A DNA stretch of 64,000 nucleotides from an uncultured virus (IMG/VR IMGVR_UViG_3300035162_000505) (Duplodnaviria > Heunggongvirae > Uroviricota > Caudoviricetes), in the IMG/VR virus record IMGVR_UViG_3300035162_000505. One strand, written 5' to 3'. Position 1 is the first letter of the stretch. Every line of letters starts with the position of its first letter. Shown piece after piece: positions 55,376 through 64,000 of the stretch. Under the pieces are notes generated by a model that was not told the origin of the DNA, did not search any database, and saw only the letters and a list, made by a program, of their open reading frames with translations. The translations under genes were made by a program, and so were the position numbers.

Positions 55376-55768
55376 TCAAGAACTAAGTATAAACTTTTTT
55401 AAGTACGCTACTGCACATTCAACACCTTCTAGAGTGTCGCCAAATTTACCTAAACCATGATTACACGGTTCGCATATCCATCCCCTAAACTGTAGAGACT
55501 TATGGCAATGATCAACAACTAAGCCCTTTGATGGTATCTCACCACAGCAATCACAAGCAATCGTCTTGAGATGGGCAAAGCGTTCTTTAAAACTTTTCCT
55601 GAGTTTATTTTGTTCTTTTACGCATTCCCTGCATCTATTGTCAAGTCTAGTTTTAAACTGCCTATGATAATTAAATGCTGATGTTGGTTTATCGACAGAG
55701 CATACCTTACATATTTGATAGCCCACTCTACTATCATAATCGCCAGTTTTCAAAAATAATTCATTCAT
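55376..55768 (-). CDS. endonuclease VII-like (HNH) protein
   Basis: CDCCG...LVVDHCH...RGWICEPCNHGLG. Confidence 0.85.
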   Translation of the reverse strand: MNELFLKTGDYDSRVGYQICKVCSVDKPTSAFNYHRQFKTRLDNRCRECVKEQNKLRKSFKERFAHLKTIACDCCGEIPSKGLVVDHCHKSLQFRGWICEPCNHGLGKFGDTLEGVECAVAYLKKFILSS

Positions 55769-55777
55769 ACTTTTATA

Positions 55778-56161
55778 TTATAGTCTCAAATCAACGAAGG
55801 CTTTCAAGTCTGGTGGTCTCCAACCATCAGGCTTAAGAACTTTGCCATCTTCACGCTTGCGAACCTTTCCAGTATCAGGATCTATCTTAGCAAAGTTAGT
55901 ATCCATGACTTCTTTCCATGCACCTTCACCATTCATGTTACCAGCACGAATAGCACCAATAGTAACAACAAGAATATCTACAAGAGCATCTAGTTGTTCT
56001 ATAGGATCTTTTGCTATCACTGCTTCTACAAGTTCACCATACTCTTCATCAATAAGACCAAGGTACATATCATAGTTCTCAGCACTAGGTGCTTGATCAC
56101 AAGCACTTTGAAATACATCTATATCTTTAAACACATTACTCATCGGTGTGTCTCTTTCCAT
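55778..56161 (-). CDS. MazG/PRA-PH-like NTP pyrophosphohydrolase
   Basis: LIDEEYGEL, DALVDI, NFAK, DGKVLKPDGW. Confidence 0.85.
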   Translation of the reverse strand: MERDTPMSNVFKDIDVFQSACDQAPSAENYDMYLGLIDEEYGELVEAVIAKDPIEQLDALVDILVVTIGAIRAGNMNGEGAWKEVMDTNFAKIDPDTGKVRKREDGKVLKPDGWRPPDLKAFVDLRL

Positions 56162-56367
56162 CGTTCTTTCATTCTATTCAAATACCAGATGGCCTTATCA
56201 ATATCTTCAAGACCATTCTTTCTCTCGCACCTCCACATATATTTTAATACATTAGCGGCATGAGGTGCAATGGCTCCACTCATAGTCTTTGTCATAGCTT
56301 CCATCGCATCAATACACTCAATGTCACCTGTGGCATAATGAACAGGTGAGTTTACCATGTCTGTCAT
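56140..56367 (-). CDS. DUF3310 family protein
   Basis: VNSPVHY, IECIDA, KY.WR...KNGLEDI.KA.WYL. Confidence 0.85.
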   Translation of the reverse strand: MTDMVNSPVHYATGDIECIDAMEAMTKTMSGAIAPHAANVLKYMWRCERKNGLEDIDKAIWYLNRMKERWKETHR

Positions 56368-56609
56368 AATAAGGTTCTTTCATACATTATATTATCATCT
56401 AGTTTCTTTATCCCCATAGTCCAGTTTTCTGCGGCATCTTCAACATATCTTAGTGCTTTGTTTCTAAATTCTTCAAGGTGAAAATACGCAGATGATTCGG
56501 CCCTATAGTACTTAATATACAACAATTCTTCTTTCATGTCAATATGTACTTCGCAATAATCTCCGTCTGTAGTATCTCCACAGTAGTATGTTGAAAGTTT
56601 TTTGCCCAT
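56364..56609 (-). CDS. conserved hypothetical protein
   Basis: YVEDAAENW. Confidence 0.55.
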   Translation of the reverse strand: MGKKLSTYYCGDTTDGDYCEVHIDMKEELLYIKYYRAESSAYFHLEEFRNKALRYVEDAAENWTMGIKKLDDNIMYERTLL

Positions 56610-57308
56610 TTAAATCTCCGATTCTATGTCTTCTATGAGTTGATCTTTCATAGCCAAAATTTGCTCTTTCATATGTGGTTTATCCCACCATCTGAACAGA
56701 GCGCAAATAGTAATACGGGGTACGTTAGTGTATGCAGAGTGCCAACAATGATCTTCCTTTTCTTCGCCAAAGTGATAGCATCTGACTTGCCAACCAGCAA
56801 CATCAGGTATCTTAACTATCTCTTCTTTTTTCTTATCATAATATTGAAAGTATCCATCACCTTTTTCAGACCAAGAAAAGATAAACTGGTAGCCTGAGTT
56901 ATTCTGATTAGTGTGCCAACCAACACCACCACCTTTAGGATAATATGTAAAAACAGCATCAGAGTTTGCACCTAAGTTTGCTATAAAATCTCCTTTAGCA
57001 AACTTAACAATTTCTTTAAAGGCACCGTGGTGATCTAGACCACGATCACTGTGTTGATCTAGAGGATGTGCATAATATTCTATTGGAAACCCTATATGTT
57101 CGGGGTCACTCATATGTTTTTTAAGATATTCCTCACTCACAAATTTTTCGTTAAGTTTTAAATCCTCTCTGTTATAAGGCATTTTACTATCGACATACTC
57201 AAAATGACCACCAACATCATTTAACAGATTCATCTTAGGATATACTGCGTCCCTAACTTTCTCTAAGTCAGCCAAGATATCTTTATTTCTTAGTATCAGT
57301 TCTGTCAT
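56610..57308 (-). CDS. 2OG-Fe(II) oxygenase/cupin-like protein
   Basis: YPKGGGVGWHTN...CWHSA...RIT; start MTELIL after GGAG. Confidence 0.55.
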   Translation of the reverse strand: MTELILRNKDILADLEKVRDAVYPKMNLLNDVGGHFEYVDSKMPYNREDLKLNEKFVSEEYLKKHMSDPEHIGFPIEYYAHPLDQHSDRGLDHHGAFKEIVKFAKGDFIANLGANSDAVFTYYPKGGGVGWHTNQNNSGYQFIFSWSEKGDGYFQYYDKKKEEIVKIPDVAGWQVRCYHFGEEKEDHCWHSAYTNVPRITICALFRWWDKPHMKEQILAMKDQLIEDIESEI

Positions 57309-57987
57309 TACTAAACTCCAAGATTTGTGGGTATATTTTAGATAAGGCTTTGGCAATCTCAACAGCAATATCTTGATGCTCTTGCTGTGTGCCATTAGCA
57401 GATCTTAGTTCGATATAATGTATCCAACTACGAATAGTTCCATTCACATACATCTTAGAGACGGTATTACCTTCTGGTAAGATTACCCTTGCTTGCTCCT
57501 TGGCAATACCTTTGTCTCTTGCTTCTTTATATATCCTACCAACGTGTTCAATAATAAACTTCTGTTGAGCATCCCACCAAGCATCTAGTGCTACATCATC
57601 ATTTGGAATACTATTCTGTCTATTGGTTTCGTCTTGTAGACGTGCCTCACGAACAACAAACGCACTATCCATATCACTAGGATCTGCGTAACGTTGTGAG
57701 AACTCTTGAAATGAGAATGAACGATGCCTTAGAAACTGTCTGGCAATGTCACGTGTTGTTTCAACTTCAAGACAAGCAGAGGCCATTTCGAATGGAGACC
57801 AATGCTTGTGCTTCATCAGATAACCTAATAGTTTCTGTGTGGTTTTTGTGTTTGCTTGGTTACTAGGGTTGGATACTCTAGCACAGTATGCTATAAGATC
57901 TTGGATATTCTCCAAGCCTCTTACACCGGATTCTCCAGCATGAACATGACGCACTGGCTGAGAGTGAGATAGTAACTTAACTTTCAT
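57283..57987 (-). CDS. thyX: FAD-dependent thymidylate synthase
   Basis: ARVS, HWSPFE, RHRSFSFQEFSQRY, EQAR, HYIELR, QQEH. Confidence 0.95.
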   Translation of the reverse strand: MKVKLLSHSQPVRHVHAGESGVRGLENIQDLIAYCARVSNPSNQANTKTTQKLLGYLMKHKHWSPFEMASACLEVETTRDIARQFLRHRSFSFQEFSQRYADPSDMDSAFVVREARLQDETNRQNSIPNDDVALDAWWDAQQKFIIEHVGRIYKEARDKGIAKEQARVILPEGNTVSKMYVNGTIRSWIHYIELRSANGTQQEHQDIAVEIAKALSKIYPQILEFSNDRTDTKK

Positions 57988-58109
57988 TACCCTTGGCCTC
58001 TATACTTTTTATAGTTGCGTCTCTTGTCTTTGTTCATAGAAGAGGTTTTAACATTACCTTTGCCTACACTTGTCTTCTTCTTATTTGTTATGCCTTTAAC
58101 TGCCATCAT
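57987..58109 (-). CDS. small basic protein (not in ORF track)
   Basis: ...KKTSVGKG...KKYRGQG, recalled as a T4-like marine phage motif. Confidence 0.5.
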   Translation of the reverse strand: MMAVKGITNKKKTSVGKGNVKTSSMNKDKRRNYKKYRGQG

Positions 58110-59483
58110 TTACTCCATTTTAAAATCTTTAAATCGTTCTGCCGTATCAGACTTATCGAAGGTAGGCGTGTCATCTATCAAGTTACCTAGAGCATCATCT
58201 ACATCAAACAGTTTCATTCTAGATCTATCGACACCAACCACAAACCTCTTATTAGCACTAGGATCGTTATATCTATTCTTAAGTTGTTTGATCATAATCT
58301 GTCCAAGTGCTTCTAGTTCTTCACTTGAAATCAAAGCAAACATCAAGTCGGCTGTAGCGGGTAATCCAAAAGACTCACTCGTATCTTCAAGCCCAACATC
58401 TGAGTTACCATAACCACTACGAGTCGTTTGCGTTGCAGTGACAATCGGAACTTCGAACTCGACTGCGAGTCCACGTAGTTCTTCCGCAATAGATTTGATA
58501 TAAGTGTACGAATTGATTGATCCCCCCATGCCCTTCATTCGACTAGATGCACATATGTTGAGATAGTCTATAAAGATCATCTCAGGTATAAAGTCTTTCT
58601 TTAGTTTAAGTTCATTCAGTAATGCTCTAAAGTGACCCGTGTGCGCTGAACCAGTTGGGTATTCCTTAACAATAAGTTTACCATTATTCTTACCCGCAAT
58701 GTTGTGAACCTTATCGGTTAACATCTCTTTTGATAGCGTCTCTAATTGATCAAGCGGTATGTCTAAAAGGTTTGCGTCTATACGTTCAGCAATACGTTCC
58801 TCTGCCATTTCCATTGTAATATATAGCACATTTCTACCTTGGGTCATAGCGTTAGCCGCCACGTGACACATGAATAATGATTTACCCACACCAGTGCCAG
58901 CAAGTGCCACGTTCAGTGTTTTGTTAGGTAGACCACCTTTGGTAATTCTATTCATATATTCAAGATCAAATGGAATGCGTTCTTCTTGAGCATGATAGAA
59001 GTCATAACGTTCTGACACATTGTCAACATAATCGTGACCAATATTCGCATCAAAAGAAACTGCCAAGGCTTTGGTCAATAGATCAGGGAGAGCGTTCTTA
59101 GTAAGATCTCTGTGCTTACCATCAATAATGGAGATAGACTCCATAATAGCATTATGTATTGCTCTATCTTGACACCACCTCTCAGTAGTGTCCTCTAACC
59201 ACTTGTCATTTGCCTTGACAGTTTCTTTATCGAATATGTTTGGAAGTATCTCAAGTACGGCTGTATATTGATCGTCTGTGAACTTTTCACTCAGATCTAT
59301 CTCAATCTTAAAAGCCTCTTGAGTTGGTAGCTTGTTATACTTGGCTACATACTTCGCAATCTGATTAAATATTTGATTGTAGACTCCTTGAAAGTATTCT
59401 GGTTTCACAAAGGGAAGAACCTTACGCATATAAGGTTCATCGATTAATAGGTGTCTTAATATGACTTGTTCTACATTGCTCAT
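58110..59483 (-). CDS. 41: T4 gp41-like replicative DNA helicase
   Basis: LAGTGVGKS, ITMEM, KEYPT, IDYLNIC, TATQTTRSG, SESFGLPATAD, KNRY. Confidence 0.95.
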   Translation of the reverse strand: MSNVEQVILRHLLIDEPYMRKVLPFVKPEYFQGVYNQIFNQIAKYVAKYNKLPTQEAFKIEIDLSEKFTDDQYTAVLEILPNIFDKETVKANDKWLEDTTERWCQDRAIHNAIMESISIIDGKHRDLTKNALPDLLTKALAVSFDANIGHDYVDNVSERYDFYHAQEERIPFDLEYMNRITKGGLPNKTLNVALAGTGVGKSLFMCHVAANAMTQGRNVLYITMEMAEERIAERIDANLLDIPLDQLETLSKEMLTDKVHNIAGKNNGKLIVKEYPTGSAHTGHFRALLNELKLKKDFIPEMIFIDYLNICASSRMKGMGGSINSYTYIKSIAEELRGLAVEFEVPIVTATQTTRSGYGNSDVGLEDTSESFGLPATADLMFALISSEELEALGQIMIKQLKNRYNDPSANKRFVVGVDRSRMKLFDVDDALGNLIDDTPTFDKSDTAERFKDFKME

Positions 59484-59501
59484 TTTATTATTATACCATA
59501 A

Positions 59502-59798
59502 TCATTTAGGAGACACAACCCCTTCAGCGTCTTTTTCTACTCGTTCAGCCTGTTGTTCTAGGATATCATACAAGATATCTCCAGTAGTATGATGCCAATC
59601 AAGATCATCATGAGCAATCCAATCATCACCAAGCCCCCCTGATATTACTGTAGATGTAAACTTTATAGTCTCGCCATCTTCTGCAACCCTTAGTTCACCA
59701 AAGTTAAAAACAGTTTCTACATATTTTCCTGTTTTAATTCTAATATTCCAGTGATCGTTATCACCGGGGGTTAGTTCATAATCTTCATTTTGTTTCAT
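59502..59798 (-). CDS. hypothetical protein (syntenic with T4 gp40)
   Basis: Position between uvsX and gene 41. Confidence 0.45.
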   Translation of the reverse strand: MKQNEDYELTPGDNDHWNIRIKTGKYVETVFNFGELRVAEDGETIKFTSTVISGGLGDDWIAHDDLDWHHTTGDILYDILEQQAERVEKDAEGVVSPK

Positions 59799-60853
59799 TC
59801 GTCAACTGCCTCAACTATAGCATCCATGTCTACCACAGACCTATGCCCTATCTGATACTGTTTCTTTAAGAACTCTTTAAAATCTGTACCAGAAAGGATT
59901 GGACTCCAGAAGGATTCATCAAGAGTGGCATCGTGCCGTACTTTAGATCCAACTTCTCCAGTGTCCTGATCGACCACAGCATACCAGCCATTGGAAGGCT
60001 TAGTAACATAACCGCCAGCAAGAGCGCAATCGAGAAGGCCAGAGTAATGCTTGACACCACCATCCCAAGACACAGTAATAGGTATTTTTGACTTCTCTTT
60101 AACAAATCTACTTTTTTCAACATTAATAACAAAATGATATCCTTGTATTTCAGTTCCCTTTTTATCTTGTTGCCTTCCAACAATCCAAACAGTATCGGCT
60201 GAATAGGTTATACCAGTGCCACCGCCGACTATATCTTTAGGGAATAATCCGATTTCTTTGTAAGTATGATTAACTGCAATCATAGGTATATTCTTCATGC
60301 TTAAGTATGGTGTTACCATACGGAACAGACTCTTAAATGCTTTGGCACGAGACATATCTGCCACAGACTTTTCGTCCTTTGCATCTTCTAGTTCTTTCTT
60401 AGATGCTAGATTACCAATAGAGTCGATGACAATCATAATGTTATCTTTTTCATCCATAGCCTCTAACTGAGAAATAAGATCAAACTTTAACTCTTCTACA
60501 TTAGTAATAGGAGTATGTAGTACTCGACTTGTATCAACATCAAACTGATCAAAGTACGCCTGAGGTGATCCAAACTCTGAATCGTAAAAAATAATTACAG
60601 CATCAGGTTTTGCTTTTAGCCATGCTGAAGCCATCATTAAAGCAAAGGATGTTTTGAAATGCTTTGATGGACCAGCAAGAACTGTTAGACCTGATGATAA
60701 CCCACCATCCACATCACCAGATAGTGCCACATTCATCATAGGCACATCCGTAGGAGTCATCTCCTTATCGTTAAAATACTTGGAATCAATCAGGACTTCC
60801 GTTGTCTTTATCTTGCTGTTCTGTTTCAGTTTGTCCATTATCGAAGTTGACAT
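59795..60853 (-). CDS. uvsX: UvsX RecA-like recombinase
   Basis: AGPSKHFKT, YDSEFG, DSIGNLASKKE, VNHTY, GGGTG. Confidence 0.95.
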   Translation of the reverse strand: MSTSIMDKLKQNSKIKTTEVLIDSKYFNDKEMTPTDVPMMNVALSGDVDGGLSSGLTVLAGPSKHFKTSFALMMASAWLKAKPDAVIIFYDSEFGSPQAYFDQFDVDTSRVLHTPITNVEELKFDLISQLEAMDEKDNIMIVIDSIGNLASKKELEDAKDEKSVADMSRAKAFKSLFRMVTPYLSMKNIPMIAVNHTYKEIGLFPKDIVGGGTGITYSADTVWIVGRQQDKKGTEIQGYHFVINVEKSRFVKEKSKIPITVSWDGGVKHYSGLLDCALAGGYVTKPSNGWYAVVDQDTGEVGSKVRHDATLDESFWSPILSGTDFKEFLKKQYQIGHRSVVDMDAIVEAVDE

Positions 60854-61724
60854 TTTGTTCTCTTTCTCTATCGTTTAAATCGTATTCACTTCTAATTTCA
60901 TTATTAAGCGATTGCACAGTCTTCCATATCGCTGAAGACTGATCAGTCTTAGTATCCACAAAGTTTATAAATGCGGATAAGTCTTTTGGAAAGCAAGCCC
61001 CACCAAATCCATCTTTACCATCAGGTCCGGGGATCTTCATATGACTATGCCCCATACGAGGTTCAGCCATTAGAGCACGTGACAACTGGTTATAACTACC
61101 ACCAAAGTCATCCATAACTTTCTTAAGTTGGTTCATAAACGTTACCTTCATAGAAAGGTAGTTGTTCACTGTATACTTAAAGAAGGATGCTTCAACAGGA
61201 GACATAGTAACAATCTGTGTAGGGTTAGCCAAAGAAAAATGGTTATACAGTCCTTCTAGGTGTTGAGCGGCCTCTTGTTGATGTACACCAAAGACCCTAA
61301 AACGTGCTTCTATCATATCCTGTTTAGAATTACTCTCTTGTAGAAACTCAGGTTCGTATACAATACGACCATCTATACGAGATAGACGATCAATAGCATC
61401 AGGTGGAACAGTTGACTTGATAACAATAAAAGATTCTGTTAGGTTAACCAACCGCATCACTGCATCATCAATGTCTTTAGTATCCACACCACCACCATCT
61501 TTTGCTGGAGTTGGGAGACAGATGAATACACACTGAGGTTCCCAATCACAAAGGTCTTGTAGAGTATTATCATTTTCTTTAGGGTCAATTATAAACTTGG
61601 TAACACCTTGAGTAGAAAAACAGTAGTCCACTGCTTTACCGACAAAACCATGACCAATGATCCCTAGCCTAAAGTTCCTTTCCCTACGTTTAACTACGGG
61701 TTCTAGTGTCGCTTCTTCAATCAT
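60786..61724 (-). CDS. UDP-glucose/GDP-mannose dehydrogenase-like protein
   Basis: GHGFVG, CLPTP, KSTVPP, PEFL, GFGGACFPKD. Confidence 0.85.
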   Translation of the reverse strand: MIEEATLEPVVKRRERNFRLGIIGHGFVGKAVDYCFSTQGVTKFIIDPKENDNTLQDLCDWEPQCVFICLPTPAKDGGGVDTKDIDDAVMRLVNLTESFIVIKSTVPPDAIDRLSRIDGRIVYEPEFLQESNSKQDMIEARFRVFGVHQQEAAQHLEGLYNHFSLANPTQIVTMSPVEASFFKYTVNNYLSMKVTFMNQLKKVMDDFGGSYNQLSRALMAEPRMGHSHMKIPGPDGKDGFGGACFPKDLSAFINFVDTKTDQSSAIWKTVQSLNNEIRSEYDLNDREREQNVNFDNGQTETEQQDKDNGSPD

Positions 61725-62178
61725 TTGAAGTGTCCTTTTCTGCTTCTATATCATACACTCTTTCTCGCAAGTCGCTAGATGAGAATCTATGATCTCTCTT
61801 ATTGTAACGAATTTCTATACCTCTTTTGGCACAGATCTTTCTTCCTGTGAATGTAGTATGCTTATACTCTTCACCTATTATTCTAACATGAATCTCAAAT
61901 AATTGCAAGATATCTTCTACATCTTTTTCGTTTTCATAGGGAATTATTTCATCTACATAACTTACACCTTGTAGTTGTGTCCATCTCTCGACCAGAGATT
62001 GCACAGGTGCTTTCTTGTCTTTACGGTCTATAGATGGATTTACTTGTAGACCACATATAAGGTGATCACATTTAGTCTTTGCTTCTCTCAGCATAGCAAT
62101 ATGCCCTGCGTGTAGTAGATCAAAAGTGCTAAAGGTTATCCCTACAACCCTTTCAGTGCTTTCCATGTATCTTTCCAA
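61717..62178 (-). CDS. glycerol-3-phosphate cytidylyltransferase-like protein
   Basis: TFDLLHAGH, RDHRFSSS. Confidence 0.8.
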   Translation of the reverse strand: MERYMESTERVVGITFSTFDLLHAGHIAMLREAKTKCDHLICGLQVNPSIDRKDKKAPVQSLVERWTQLQGVSYVDEIIPYENEKDVEDILQLFEIHVRIIGEEYKHTTFTGRKICAKRGIEIRYNKRDHRFSSSDLRERVYDIEAEKDTSND

Positions 62179-62852
62179 TCTCTGACATGGAGTGTAGCCC
62201 CATGCTCATATTCTTCTAATGCTTGAGCCAGTAAGAAATCATTCCCACCAACACCCACTTTATCGCCAAAGAAAAATATTCTGTCTCTATCATCAAAGTC
62301 TTTCAATATCTGTGACTTATCATTTCCTTTAGCAGATATATCCATTCCAGTTTCGCCAGCAACACTAGCAAGTAAATCTGGAAACATAGTATTAAAAGCC
62401 TTTGCTATCTTAACTCGTTCTGAATATATCTTATCATATTCGTAATATGCTTTACGATCAGTGCTATCAGCATTACGCCCTACAACACTGAAGTTTATCA
62501 TACCACATCTTTCTTCAATATGCAACCCCGTTAATGTAGGCCAATCAGATTCATATAGGCATTGATCAAGAAAGTCTCTTGCCATGTCAGGTAAGACCCA
62601 TGAACTACTTCTTACATTGCGGTCACCTTCATACACGTCACAACCAGAACAGTTATACACACGTTTACATACGTGGTATATTGGTTCTCCTATCTGTTCT
62701 ATAGTCTTAGGTCTATCGCTTCCCGTAACTAGATACACATCGTGAGTAGGCCATTCACAAAATTTGTGAAACCATGCACCAAATTTCTTGTCTATTTTAC
62801 CTCTACTAGGAGTTAAGGTTCCATCTACATCAAAGATAAACTTATCAGCCAT
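62142..62852 (-). CDS. HAD-IIB phosphomannomutase-like protein
   Basis: FDVDGTLTPSR, VTGSD, ERCGMINFS..GR, DK, FFGDK...GGND. Confidence 0.85.
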   Translation of the reverse strand: MADKFIFDVDGTLTPSRGKIDKKFGAWFHKFCEWPTHDVYLVTGSDRPKTIEQIGEPIYHVCKRVYNCSGCDVYEGDRNVRSSSWVLPDMARDFLDQCLYESDWPTLTGLHIEERCGMINFSVVGRNADSTDRKAYYEYDKIYSERVKIAKAFNTMFPDLLASVAGETGMDISAKGNDKSQILKDFDDRDRIFFFGDKVGVGGNDFLLAQALEEYEHGATLHVRDWKDTWKALKGL

Positions 62853-63891
62853 CTCCGTATACTCTGTTGTGAGTATTGTTCACTCTAACGAATGTAGTAC
62901 ACTTAGGTAAGTCTTTTATCTTAGCGGCTCCAACATATGTAGAAGCCGATCTTATTCCACCAAGAATGGCTTGTATAGTAGTTCCGACTTGTCCTTTGTA
63001 TGGTAAACTAACCTCTTTACCTTCTGAGGCTCTATAGTCTTTCAGTCCACCAAAGTGTTTGTCGTTGGCAGTCTCTGAACTCATGCCATAAAAACTGATC
63101 TTGTTGTCCACTACTTCTCCACCACCTTCATCATGTCCAGCCAACATACCGCCAAGCATCACAAAGTCTGAACCAGCACCAAAAGCTTTGGCTATGTCAC
63201 CAGACGTAGTACAACCTCCATCAGCAATAATATGGCCTGAGAGACCGTGAGAAGCATCAGCACATTCAATAACCGCTGAGAGTTGAGGATAACCAACACC
63301 TGTTTGTATACGAGTCGTACATACACTGCCCGGTCCAATACCGCATTTAACAATATCCGCACCATTTAAGATTAACTCCTGTGTCATATCTCCTGTCACA
63401 ACATTACCCGCTATGATAACTAGATCAGGATAGTTAGAACGTAAATCGTATATAAAGTTACTGAACATCTCTGTGTAACCATTTGCTACATCTACGCATA
63501 GGTATTTAAGTATACCATCAGTAAGTTTGTATACCTTTTTAAACTTTTCTAAATCACTATCTGATGTTCCAATAGACATGGCAACATTCTGTTGACGATG
63601 TATAGTATTCTCTATATCAGATTGGTTAAAGAACTTTGCTAGGTCTTCTGCGCTATATGTCTTTACCAGACAAGTGAAGATATCTAATTTAGAAAGTGCG
63701 TCTGCCATTTCAAACGTGCCGACACCATCCATGTTAGCCGCCATGATAGGAACACCTTGATATATGCGTTCACTATTTCTAAACTTCATGGGTCTTAACA
63801 GATCAACCTCTTTACGAGATTTTAAAGTAGACCTCTTTGGTCTAATAAGAACATCCGAATAGTCTAGTTTTATATCGTCACTAATCAGCAT
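62845..63891 (-). CDS. guaC: GMP reductase
   Basis: LIRPKRSTLKSR, ANMDGVG, DVANGY, GIGPGSVCTTR, FYGMSS, YRASEGK. Confidence 0.95.
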   Translation of the reverse strand: MLISDDIKLDYSDVLIRPKRSTLKSRKEVDLLRPMKFRNSERIYQGVPIMAANMDGVGTFEMADALSKLDIFTCLVKTYSAEDLAKFFNQSDIENTIHRQQNVAMSIGTSDSDLEKFKKVYKLTDGILKYLCVDVANGYTEMFSNFIYDLRSNYPDLVIIAGNVVTGDMTQELILNGADIVKCGIGPGSVCTTRIQTGVGYPQLSAVIECADASHGLSGHIIADGGCTTSGDIAKAFGAGSDFVMLGGMLAGHDEGGGEVVDNKISFYGMSSETANDKHFGGLKDYRASEGKEVSLPYKGQVGTTIQAILGGIRSASTYVGAAKIKDLPKCTTFVRVNNTHNRVYGDG

Positions 63892-64000
63892 TGGTTCCTA
63901 CCGTCTCTCTTATAATATCATTATGATTAAACTCTGCCCAATATAACTCAAACGCTACACCATCTTCAAGACATTCAAACTGATGATACACCCCCGGCTT

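Noticed and set aside
1098..60878. Most plus-strand ORFs in the track (e.g. 7776, 7942, 17758, 28861, 31040, 34423, 40765, 52146, 58015)
   Set aside because: Antisense shadows of well-supported minus-strand genes, with no RBS/promoter or recognisable motifs
1..64000. CRISPR array, IS element or integrase
   Set aside because: No regularly spaced repeat-spacer units, transposase or recombinase motifs seen; the dispersed repeats are promoters
1..64000. Alternative genetic code or stop-codon reassignment
   Set aside because: Conserved genes are full length under the standard code and end in TAA, TAG and TGA

Overview
This is a 64-kb segment of a large T4-like (myovirus) dsDNA phage, probably marine, with almost all genes on the minus strand. 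T4-type core genes include gp41 helicase, UvsX, RNase H, an endonuclease VII-like protein and spanins, and TATAAATA late promoters are present. Nucleotide-metabolism genes are class II B12-dependent NrdJ, ThyX, GuaC, a MazG-like protein and a HAD nucleotidase. Other blocks are a ~12-kb glycosyltransferase/methyltransferase island, PhoH, IscA, and a BMP/2OG-oxygenase/Na-Pi/porin island. RNA genes are tRNA-Arg(TCT) and a circularly permuted two-piece tmRNA, which point to an alphaproteobacterial host. Four unexplained signals stand out. (1) The permuted tmRNA has a 146-nt intervening segment encoding a zinc-ribbon protein whose stop codon lies inside the tmRNA coding piece, so processing would leave a nonstop mRNA. 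(2) All 19 TTGAC-type early promoters I found carry a GANTC site, 12 of them as YGAKTCG (the CcrM/GcrA signature), and the window also encodes a beta-class DNA methyltransferase. (3) A late-promoter cassette encodes four enzyme-like proteins (nuclease-like, zeta-like kinase, HD hydrolase, RelE-like), each with a T4-style capsid-targeting N-terminus. (4) Two structured intergenic RNA candidates occur, one with its own early promoter. All product calls come from motif recognition by eye, not from database searches.
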